Source of the DNA: Adineta vaga
Taxonomy: Eukaryota; Animalia; Rotifera
Direction: 5' to 3'
Length of the DNA stretch: 64,000 bases
NCBI GenBank assembly: GCA_021613535.1
Contig: CP075493.1
Coordinates: 7,192,001 to 7,256,000 of the forward strand
Below the pieces are notes generated by a model. That model was not told where the DNA came from. It saw only the letters and a list, made by a program, of their open reading frames with translations, and did not search any database. Positions 28,188-39,547 of this stretch are shown here, one piece after another. Within the stretch, counting starts at the first letter, position 1. Every line of letters starts with the position of its first letter. The position numbers and the translations under genes are program-made.

Positions 28188-28558
28188 ATTTGTCATGTAA
28201 TGTGATAATGCCTATGAATGTAGTTCTATTTCTATTTCATTAAATCTATCGCGCTAAAGAATTAAAGTGTCTCTCTCGTTTTTTCGTTATTAATCATGCA
28301 GATGAATATTGACGACATTGAAAATTTCGTGTAAAAGTAGAAATCCTTCTTGTTTATATATTGTTTTTGTTTTAAATTTGTCTAAAAAAAACCTCGATGT
28401 GATTTTTGCGTTCTTTCTGTAAGTAAGTTGGTTTTTTCCCCACTGAGTTAACTATAGTCAACCAATGAGAAAAAAATATTTCTTCTGTCAATAAAAGATT
28501 TCAATTAAAAACAAAATAGAACTCTTTTCATATTTCATCTTCTAGATTATAGTTAATA

Positions 28559-29431
28559 ATGGCTGATCAACCACCTCCTCAAAGACCAAAAGGTCCACGC
28601 ATGAGTCATCTTCACTCTGAACCTGTTCCTATGTCTTTTGCTTCACCACAACAACTAGCTAATATAGTAGCTGGAGGTAGTCTTTTTTCTCAACAACCAA
28701 TGCATACACAACATCAAACATATACGCCAAGAATGAATGCTCCACATCATATGAATATGGGACATCAACCGATGTATCGGATGCAAACGGCACCAGGTGT
28801 AATAATGCCTGACATGACAGTTGTTCCTACTGGTGTTGCTACGACTGAGCCTCAAGCAGCAACTTCAAATGAAAGAATATTCAAATCATTGGCTGCACAA
28901 GAAATTGATTTGAATAATTTTACGGGATTTCGATTTGTCACATTAGATGGTTTACAAGATCAAACTCGAGATATTTATGATAAAATAAGTGGAACTATTC
29001 GATGGGTTATGTGTGAAGGTCAAGATGATAGATGTCTTGATGTTATTCAAAATGAATGTAAAGATAAACGAGTATTCCTTATTACATCAGGTTCAATTGG
29101 ATCGAATATTGTTCCAAAAATTCATGAACTGCCACAAATCTATGCTATATATGTCTATTGTTCTGATGTGAATCGTCATCAGGAATGGGCAAAAAACTTC
29201 TCGAAAGTACGCATCGTTTGTAATGATGATGATGAAGAACTTTTACCTCAATTTGCTGTTGATGTTGCTCGAGCTAATATGGATTGGGCTGATGCATTAC
29301 AGAAAAAAGGTGATCATGAAAAAGCAAAAGAAAAATATCAATTAGCATTGAATAAATTAAATAATCATGCACGTAAACATGATCCTGCAATGGATGCAGA
29401 AATCCAAACGAAATTGCAACAATGTAAATAA
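28559..29431 (+). CDS. Receiver-like domain + single TPR protein with Pro/Gln/Met-rich N-terminus
   Basis: FRFVTLDG / RVFLITSGSIGSNIVPKIHELPQIYAIYVYC / WADALQKKGDHEKAKEKYQLAL; intronless CDS with a probable 5'UTR intron ending at ~28546. Confidence 0.8.
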   Translation: MADQPPPQRPKGPRMSHLHSEPVPMSFASPQQLANIVAGGSLFSQQPMHTQHQTYTPRMNAPHHMNMGHQPMYRMQTAPGVIMPDMTVVPTGVATTEPQAATSNERIFKSLAAQEIDLNNFTGFRFVTLDGLQDQTRDIYDKISGTIRWVMCEGQDDRCLDVIQNECKDKRVFLITSGSIGSNIVPKIHELPQIYAIYVYCSDVNRHQEWAKNFSKVRIVCNDDDEELLPQFAVDVARANMDWADALQKKGDHEKAKEKYQLALNKLNNHARKHDPAMDAEIQTKLQQCK

Positions 29432-30144
29432 ACGATTATATCATATTGAGAAAGAAGTCTTTCTTATTTCAAGTTTGTTTTACATATGTTCACTTTGCAA
29501 TATAGAATAATAAAACAAGAATAGTTGTGTTTCTCATCTAACTGGATTACTGCTGATTTATCTTGATATTTTCGATTTATATAAATTTTAAAAACAAAAA
29601 GAAATTTAATTTGTTTTTGTTTTTCTTTTTATCGTCATCTGTATGCTCGTATGAAATGAAATATTTATAATGGAACACGAGCTGAACATCATACATACAA
29701 ATACATGTAAAACCGAGACAGAAATATAGTTGGACACGCACACACATATCACTGCTTTGAAGTTTTCGAAAGAGAAAAAAAGACGAAGAAAATGATTGAC
29801 AGACAGATACAAACAATAGGCTCAAGATAGATAAAAGCCGATCGGAGAAAAAAACAAGAAAATATTCATACACATGTATGTGCAAATAAAAAAACTCGAA
29901 AGAAAAAAAATCAACACATGTTTTATTTCTGTGAGATCATCGTTGTAATAGGAATATTGATGGTTCTGGTTTACTCTTTTTCTCCGCAAAAAATCAATGG
30001 GCCAACAACAAATAGCAATAGTATGCGTTAAGAAAATCAAACAAGGACGAGTATTTTGTTTTTATACGTATGAACAACGAAAGAAAAAAGAAATGAATGA
30101 AAGAACACCAGATTAACCTATTGATAATTGAAGTTCATTCGAGT

Positions 30145-33100
30145 TTATTTACGTAAATCGAGTACGCACACCTTAAAGAAGAAGAATAGATATCCGAAAA
30201 GTTACCAATAATCTACTCACTGTTCCATCTGACGCACTTGCGCCTACTCGTGTACCTCGACTGTTCCAACAAACTTCAAAAATGCCGCCAGTGCCTCGAT
30301 AACTGTGTACAATTTCACCTCTCTAGACATATTCAAATGTGTACATGTATTTTTAATAGAAGATATCTTCTAAAACTTACAGCTATATCCCATATATAGA
30401 TAGCTTTATCGAATGAACCTGTGGCTAATAGTCGACCATCAGGACTGAATGAGACGGAATAGACAGGTTCTGAATGTTTCACAAGTGTACTCTGACAAAT
30501 ACCACGTTCAACATCCCATAAACGTACTGTTGAATCAAATGATGCACTAAAATATATATATATAATGAAAATAAAAAAATTATTTTTAAAGAAATCAATT
30601 GATTTACCTAGCAAGAAGTAAAGTAGCATTTGGATTCATAGTTCCAGGTCCTGTCGGACTCCATTTAATAGTATAAATTTCTTTACTATGTGCTTGTAAA
30701 TTATGAACAGGAGTATCTTTTGTCATTGTCCAAATCTGGAGCGAAAAGAAAAATAATTATACGGATATTAAAAAAAAAACATTGTTGTCTTTCTGATATA
30801 ATTTACTTTTAATGTCATATCATCGGAACATGAAGCAAGTAATCGTCCTTGAGGATCCCATTTAATTGCATTAACTTCATTTTGATGTCCATGGAATGTT
30901 TTCACAGGTCGACTTTCACCTAATCGACATACATGAATTTTTTGATCTGTCGAACATGATGCAAATGTAATATCGGATTGCCAATCAACGTCCAGTGCAG
31001 GTGCTGTATGATGAGCAAATTGTTGTTCACAATGACCAGAATTCGCATCCCAAATAATAGTTGTACGATCGACACCGGCTGATAAGATATAATTGCCTTT
31101 TTTATTCCATTTCAAGGCAAAAATTGGACCTTTATGTTGACCAAGTGTACTGGCTAGATTCCCGTCAGATGACCATATTCGAGCGTATCCATCATAACTG
31201 CCCGTCGCTAATTGAGTACCTGATGGCTAAATGAATAAATAGAACATAGTTGACATTTAGATAACAAGAAGATTTCTTCAAAAAAGATAGAATACGGATG
31301 GAAATCGTCTCCAAAGAAACATGAGTGCGCTATTCAGATTAAATTTCAATACAATCTGTCATTTTCATTGCTCAAAAACGTAATCAAAATTATGTCTATC
31401 TCAACAACTTACATTCCAATCGAGACTGGTTACATCTTTATTACTTGGCACTTGTGTATCACCTCGTCGAATACAATGTCTTAAGACCATTTCTGGTTCA
31501 CGTGATCCTTGTAAATTCCAAATACGTGCTGTAGAATCTCCTGAACCAGATGCTAAGAGATCGTGCGTAGGATTCCATGCACATATAAATACTTCAGATT
31601 CATGACCACGTAAAACCGTTACACGATTTGGTGGAATCTCAACGGAACCATTCATCATTAAGTTATTGTTGTTGTTGCTATTATTATTATTATTCAAAGA
31701 ACCCGAAGGTACAGTCAAAGAATTCGATGTCGAATTGCCTGGATAATGAGAATGATGGTGACTACTATTACTTGTTTCATAATCCATTGGTTCATGTTTA
31801 GGTACTATAGATATTAAAAGAAAAAGAAAATCCAAGATAGATTAAACTTCGACAAGATTCTTTCTTCTTACTGGCAATATGATTCGTACTATTCGAATAG
31901 GATAAATGGGTATTATTATCATTTCCATTGGATATTGGAGGATAATTACCAGTAGATAATGCTGATTGATGTGTGTTGGTATGAGAAGATAAGAGTGGAT
32001 GATTATGAGAATAATGGGATTGAGCAGTTGCAGATGAATGTCCTGTTAATGATGAATTCAATGATCTTAACGAGGATGATCCATGTTCTAGGGATGAAGA
32101 GTTCGGATAAGTAATTCCTCCATTTATTGATGATGGATCCATAGTCGAACGATCAGATAGAGACGGATTTGCAGATTGTGGTGACGTATTCGTTATATGA
32201 TGTATTGGTGATCGATCTTTTTCGTTAGGATTCGATGAATGAATGGCAGTTCGAGATGAAGATTTCGCTTCAATCTTTCCTGATGCACCTGTCAATGATG
32301 AGGAGGAGGAAGACTGTTGGTGATGATGAGGTTGTTGTTGTTGTTGTTGTTGTTGTTGATGGAGTTCTCGACGGCGTGTTTCTACGATTTCAGGTACGAC
32401 TGCATCGATTAAACTTAGATTGTCACATGTTCGTTCCTGACCATCCTAAATGGAAAAATTGAATAATAGAATGGAGCGTCGATACAATAAATCAACTGCT
32501 CCGATTTTCAAAGATTATGCGTCCGAAATGTCTCGATAATCATTCCGCGCGGCGTTTTCGATTGAAAACAAAGTACCCGCGTGTTATGTCTTAGCCAAAA
32601 AAGAACAACAGACGCCCTTTTTTTAAGGGAAAATTTCTCGAAGAAATATTTTTTAAACTACTCGATTAGACAAAAGAAAACAGGTGAATTGAAATATGTC
32701 CGATAATACAGAATAGGACGACATCTGTTTAAACTTACATCCCCAATACATAATTCAGCTTCTGTATAATAGAGACCCTTTTGTATAAGAGATAGAAGAG
32801 CACCTGGTGGGACAATATTGCCATTGATTGATGTATGAGCAATATGACTTTCCAGACCAAATAAATAAGCTGAATGAACAAATCCTAAATGAAAACAAAT
32901 CGATCAAAAAACATATTTTGCTTTTTTTTATTTTTCATTATTGGTTTTGTTGTCCGCCTACATCAATATTGATGTTGTGGTAGATAAGAATATAGCGTGC
33001 TTCTTTCTTTGGAAACAAATATTAGTGAGTACTTTTACAGGTTCTTGCTATTTTATCACTTATTAGAATTTGTCATTGATTGTTATTCAAGGAAATGTCT

Positions 33101-33876
33101 ATCAACAACGATAAAATATGATTATCTATGTATGTGAAGGATTGTGAAAATATACTAGTAAACGCTTTCATCAAGTAGAATATTATTATCAAGAGCGTTT
33201 ATTTGTTCCCTGTATGACCTAAATTCCATTGCAGTAAAAATACACATGCACACTATCGAGACTAAAAATGAAAAGAAGAACACCAGACGACAAGAATTAA
33301 AGAGAAGGAAGAATTCAATTTGTATGCAAGAACATGCCGACAGAGAACGTAAATGACGACGACAACAACAACAGCAGCAAGAAAAAAAGAAACGACGTAA
33401 AAGAAGATTTCTATCAAACGATAGTAAAATAACATCTATAAAACGCTATTTATAGCTTGACATCATGTGAACTTTAACTGTCAAAGATATTAGTGAGAGA
33501 AAAAAAAGAAACTTTTCAAGATAAATATATGAATCGATAAGGAGGAATAAATTTACGTTTTCAACAAAAACAACATCAGATTGTTTTTATTTCTTTTGAC
33601 ACATTTACCTCGATGAACAAACATACATACGTACACATATTTATCTTTGAAAGAATTTTTACTTTTTCTTTTCTCTTACTCATATTTATCGTACGTATAA
33701 TAAAGAGAGAAAAAAGGACTTGAAAGGCAAAGGTCATAACATACAACACACACACACACACACACACAAACATACATGCAAAATACTTCTCAAAAAGAAA
33801 GTAGTAAAGATATCATACCTGATTCTGATAAATACCGATAGATAAGATAATTGACTTCGTCAGATGTGAAACTCAT
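30145..33876 (-). CDS. TBL1X: Transducin beta-like 1 / Ebi (LisH + WD40; NCoR-SMRT complex)
   Basis: [66 protein letters not shown]-terminal VCVLDLRK*. Confidence 0.94.
33745..33768. repeat. (AC)n microsatellite in TBL1 intron 1
   Basis: acacacacacacacacacacac. Confidence 0.8.
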
Positions 33877-36800
33877 TCTCGCATGCTACTGCCTCGCTCA
33901 AATGCGAGGTTTATTTCAAAGAAAATTTAATAAATAAATACACGTTGTTTGAAACAGTCTAAAAATAAATAAATCAAACAAAATATATCTTTATTTTGAT
34001 TTTTGATTACACATAAATAAGGTCAAAAATATAAGGTTCTTGCAATCAATATTATTCATCAATATTTCTTTGTTTTTTTCTTCTTTATTACTTGCCATTT
34101 CTAAGTATTTCTTCTTGATAAGTAATGCAAGTAAACGTGTCAAACATTACATCGAAGAAGAAGAAGAAGAAAAGAACATACACGTCTATACCTATCGTCA
34201 AGACATGATGACGACGAAGATGCGAATGTGTAAAGAAATAGAAGTAGGGAAAAAATTGGCAAGTACGAATGTAAATAGTTGTGGCCCTGACTCATGACTA
34301 TATGCGTGTGTGTTGATTTCTTTTTTTACCTATTTACCGAGTCGAATGGACATATATTTTCTTTTTTTTCAAGTAACTATTGATTCAACGGATTATTTCA
34401 CGTCATAACATTGGATTTCAGTCGCTATTGGATGTTCTTAAATCTAGCTAATCTTGCACGATGTAATCACGAGAAGACGAAAATATTCTTCGTGAAATCA
34501 TTCAAAACATCTTGTCACGCAATATGAGTTGATGAAAAATGCAGCTGTTGAAAAGGTCAACAAGTTTTCACAAACATATAAACACATTACTATCGTATCT
34601 GTATTTATCATTTGAATGAAAAGGAAAACCGATGACAGAAGAAGAAGAAAAGACAGTATATAAATTAATGTTATGTTTGTATAAATATATATGTGTCTAA
34701 CTCGTTCTCGACTAATAACATTGAAATGATGCGTCTAGATGTGATGATGATGAAATATCTAATTAGAGAAAAAGAACTAACAAAAACATGTCTGAACAAA
34801 ATAAAAGACTCGAGAGGAAAAAACGATAAGAAAAGAACATCATCTAAAGATATTCTTGCTCTTTAATCAACCGATAAATACGTCCTAAAAGCCTTTTTTT
34901 TTACATCTCTTTCTTCTTCACAAAGGACAAGAGATTCTCAAACGCTTTTTTCCTTATGTTTTGTTTCTTTCAAACACACATATGTCTTCTCATATAACTT
35001 GCGTCGACAGACACATATTCACTTTTTCTTCATTCTTTTGTCGTAAATATAAATGAAGTTAATTCTACTTTTTCTTTCTCTTGCTCTATATTACTGTTGA
35101 TAACCTATCAGCCTTCGCATAATATACTCTCATGAGTCAACAGTCGCATGTAACTCGTAAAGTAAATATCAAAGTCTTTAACTATCAAGAGATCTATCAT
35201 GTTAATACATAGAAAGAAAGAAAGGGAACACATTAAGTGCACTAGTTTAGAACAATAGACGCTGTAATTTGATTTTCAAACAAATAGAAATTGCGTCGTT
35301 AATATATAAGAGTGCATGACCCACAGTTGATGCGTAGTATATAGCCTTGGAACAGAATCAAACGTAGTATAAGAATAAGAAAAGAAAAACTCCGAAGACG
35401 GCAAACAACTGATATTGATGCTAGATAGAAAAGGAATATCGTTTTGCTATTGCACTTTGTAAGACAATAGAGAAGAAGCAAAAAAAAACATGAATGGTAA
35501 TAAAAATACTCATACTATATATGCATAATTGCATCACATACATACCTTCTCAATGTATATATGGATATGTATTTCTTTTTTCGAATAATGATATCGTATT
35601 CATTGGAAAAAAAATAAACTACTAATCATTTATTGTTGACTTGAAATACGAAGAGAATAGTGAATATTTTTCTTTTTAACAGACTTAATATTTACAGATG
35701 TGATCAAGGATAAAAAACCTATGCTGAGAATGAAAATTTAATACAAAATACCTTTGTCTATATTTTAGTTGAGTATGGTCATGAATAAGTTATCATAGTA
35801 AATGACATGGACTCGTATTTAATTGAATAAAATTCGTTAGAAATTTATTATTGTCGATGAAATCGAGTACAATTGAAATAATTTTATGTTCTGAAAAAAG
35901 ACACAAAAATAGTCAATATGTGAACTTTATGTTAGTACGCATGTAAGAAAAAGAAGAGAAAAGGAGAATGATAGAAGAAAAAAAAGTCTACCCCGAAACG
36001 TACACGTGTATGGTGGGTAGCGGTGGTGATGGTGTGCGAACGTACTGCACATTCTTGGTCTGTTTTATGTCCTTCTTTTTTCCCCTTCTACATTGCCCGC
36101 GCGTCGCCTTTACACATACACTCCCCTCCCACTAGTAGAGCGCTGTAAGTTGCATTCTTTTTTCAACTCGCATGCGCTCGTGCATTTGTTTTCTCCGATT
36201 TTTTTTCTTTTCTCTCTCGCCTTGTGAATGTGTGTATGTGCAAGCTCTTCGTCTTGTTTTCTATGCTAAACGACCTTATGGTCAAACTCGACGTCGAGAA
36301 AAATCTGCTATTTTTGTCGTTGATAGAGCAAGGAAAAATGACGGAAAAAGAGAAAGATGGAATGCTTATATAATTACGTTCAGGTCATAGACAATAATAT
36401 CAGAAAAGAAAAAAGAAATGATAAAAATAACAATAATAAAAGAACTGCGTAGAATGACGAGAGAAAAAAACATATCTCAAATGTTCGAGGACAAATATCA
36501 TCAAGTATGACAAATGAGCAAATAAGTTATGTAATATGAATGAAATTCAACAAATCTATCTTTATTGTATATAAAGCAAATATTCTTGTCGACGTTGTAT
36601 TCTTATCAGAATAAATATTTATTAAAAAAGAAAAGAAAAACTAGTCGAGATAAAAAGAGGAAAAAATACGAGAAAACGGAAGAGACAGCTGATGGCGTTA
36701 TGCCAAGCCATTGCGACCGTACTATCAGCAGTTATTATTCTGAGTCATACGTCATCAGTTCTTTTTCCCCATCGAGTCTTCTATTTACATTCCTTCCGGC

Positions 36801-37933
36801 TATTAAACCCGATGAAATAAGCGCAATCTTAAACTGCTATGACGTAGATAAATATACTTATATATATATATATCTATGTCTGTTTCGTACATTTACTAAT
36901 ACGAACAATATCGAGGTCATATCGAGATGAAGAGAAAAAAAACACCGACTGTTTTATTTCTCAGATTCCTCTTTGAGAAATTTATTACGAAATAAATTGT
37001 TAGATGTACTTTTTCTCTCTCGATATGTTATTCACCTTGATTTTTATTTATATAAGACTAAACGAAAAACAAATCCATCTGTCAAATCTGTCCTATGCAT
37101 GAGTGACTATCATATGTGTACTTGACAACATTCGATCGGGTTTGATCAAATCTATTTCTTTTATAATAGATTCATACATTTAAATCTTATTCTTCTTTCT
37201 TCGTATGTATTTCAATAGTTACCCACGTGTAAATACGATCAGAATGCTATTCATAATATGCAATTGCCATAATGAATCACGATTGATTGACAGTGATAAG
37301 AAAGAAAATATGCAATAATGAATGCAAAAGAAAAGTGAACTATGATACATAAAAATAAATAAGACGGGAAGCAATACATTTTGATTATATGTATGATCGA
37401 TGCTTGTTGCGCATTAGTAAGCATGTGATTGTAGTTGTCTAGTGCACACAATTGTCATAGTATTTTTTTTTCTTCATAATTTTGTCATCGAAACAACCAA
37501 AAAAATATCTGCCCATACTTATGTAATATACGACCTTTAGATGAAAAATGAGTGCGAATAATGATAAGAAGAAAAAAAATCATAAAAAAATTATATATTC
37601 ATTAAATTCAAGCAGGTAAAATGTTCTCATCGATGATGAGATGAATCATTTGAATCATTATGTATGCTCGATTTAGAAAAGGATGGACACGTGTTTTTTG
37701 ATTTTGTCCATAAAGGAAATGACTTGTACGTACTAAAAATATCTTTTCAAACAAGTAATTGCCTTTTTTTTTCTTTTGAAAAAAATTATTCATTGAAGCA
37801 AAATGAATTCGACGGAAGAAATGTTTCAATAAACTCAAATAGATTAAAAATCTAGTTGTTTCTATTCGAAAAAATTCTTTGGTAAATTATTCGAAATTCG
37901 TAGTTTATTTCATTAAAAAAAACGACAAACAAG

Positions 37934-38972
37934 TTAATTTGTACGATATTTTTGAACCCAAATGCCATAAGCGATTGTTATATCTGAAACTGTAAAATTT
38001 TTCTTATAATAATCTACTAGTGGAGAACTTTTCTTCGATAAATCCATTTCATAACCAGTTTGTAGATGTTTTAAATTCGTTTTTACTGTTTCTAAACGCA
38101 TTTGACATTCATCAACAATTTCATTAGCATAATCAGTAAATTTCTCCTTTTTCGTATTGAAATATTTTTCCACTGCTAATGCTAACATAATTGTAATTTT
38201 CATTTTCGATGGAAAATAATCGTTCGGTGTAAATCGATATGGACGAAAAAGAAATCGTTCACGGTCAATTGATGGAACTTTTAATGTTAATCCAACACGT
38301 GGTGATGCAATAAGTTCTCGTTGATCACTTGTTGTCGTATTTGAACGTAAATAAATAAATTGATTCTGATTGAAAACATTCAAATTTTTATTTAATTTTG
38401 TTTCAACCAGATCTTTAATAGTTTCACTTTTACATATTTCTAAAATCGCATTAACAACTAAACAACTTCCTTCATATATTTGATTCGTTTCTTTATTTTG
38501 TATCGATCGAATCAATATTCCACCACACGATGGATCATTCAATGAACTGAATGTAATATCTAAACCTCTACAAAAAAAAACAGTCATGAATATTGATTAG
38601 AAAAAAATGGATTAAATTTTACTTATAAGTTCCACCTTTATAACTAGCTGTTGCTGATGTACCTTGTCGATGAAAATACCAATATCCGGACTGTTGTTGT
38701 TCAGGATGTCGATGTGCGAAGGTGTCTGCATGACGAAGTTCTTGATAAAAATAGAATTCAATTTCACATAAACGAAATAAATTCTGTTCATTTAAAACTA
38801 ATTCATATTCATTGATTAATTTATATGCAATCGTTTCAAAAGCATTTTTATAATCGTTTTCATTCCAATCAGAATCATTTAAATGAAGAAAATCAATCGT
38901 ATTTGTTTCAATCTTTGATCGTTTTTCATTTGTAGCTTCAATTAAATCTAATTTCCGTTTTGTTTGTGTCAT
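37934..38972 (-). CDS. Divergent 3-methyladenine DNA glycosylase (AAG/MPG)-fold-like protein; 2 exons (intron 38568-38622)
   Basis: Ordered motifs LCEIEFY, DTFAH, GGILIRSI, SPRVGL, RPYRF parallel the AAG motifs IVETEAY, DxAxH, VLIRA, PRIGI, PWRF; also WYFH...YKGGTYKGLDITF; N-terminal KRK NLS-like segment. Confidence 0.65.
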
Positions 38973-39547
38973 CTGAAAACGAAATCATCTTACAAAAAAC
39001 TTGTTTATTTGACACATATATATGAAGTCAATCATTTATATTAACCGTGAAATAAAATTTCACATTGTTGTGTAATAACCATTTGATCTAAATTTTCACA
39101 AATCAACATAATGAAATGTGACTATGGAAATTTTGAAATCTTGGAGAATGAAACATTATTCGCAGTATCCGGTATATTTATTAGTCTAAGTTCCAGACAA
39201 AAGATAAATGTCTTTTGATCAAAAAAATACAAAAATAACACAAAAAAAAACGAACGTGAGAAAAACAGAGTGCCTTCGATATCAATGAAAAAATTACAAG
39301 CAAGAGAAGGATTTTGGTTGAATAATATAAAGAGTATTAACACCGTTTGTTTTAAAAAAAACACAAATTGAAATAAATGTAAATCGTTCTTATTCAGTAG
39401 AGATTGATCTTTCATATATTTAGTTTTTGAGGATTTCGTTTTTATGCCAACCGGTAGAAAATAATGCGAACGCGTATAGAATACAAGCAATAATCATTCT
39501 CACAAACGAAAAGGAAAACGCACTATCTACAAATAAATCAAGTAAGT

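Noticed and set aside
28187-28550. SECIS element for the TGA at 28062
   Set aside because: No convincing AUGA/GA quartet with apical AA stem, and the TGA is not in a redox motif.
33900-37500. ORFs and palindromes (TACACGTGTA, CTCGACGTCGAG) in the long intergenic region
   Set aside because: ORFs are low-complexity. The GC-richer patch near 36000-36300 may be a promoter, but nothing specific is supportable.
37640-37855. Protein-like ORF MLDLEKDGHVFFDFVHKG...
   Set aside because: Short, has an upstream in-frame stop, no recognisable family and no clear exon partners.
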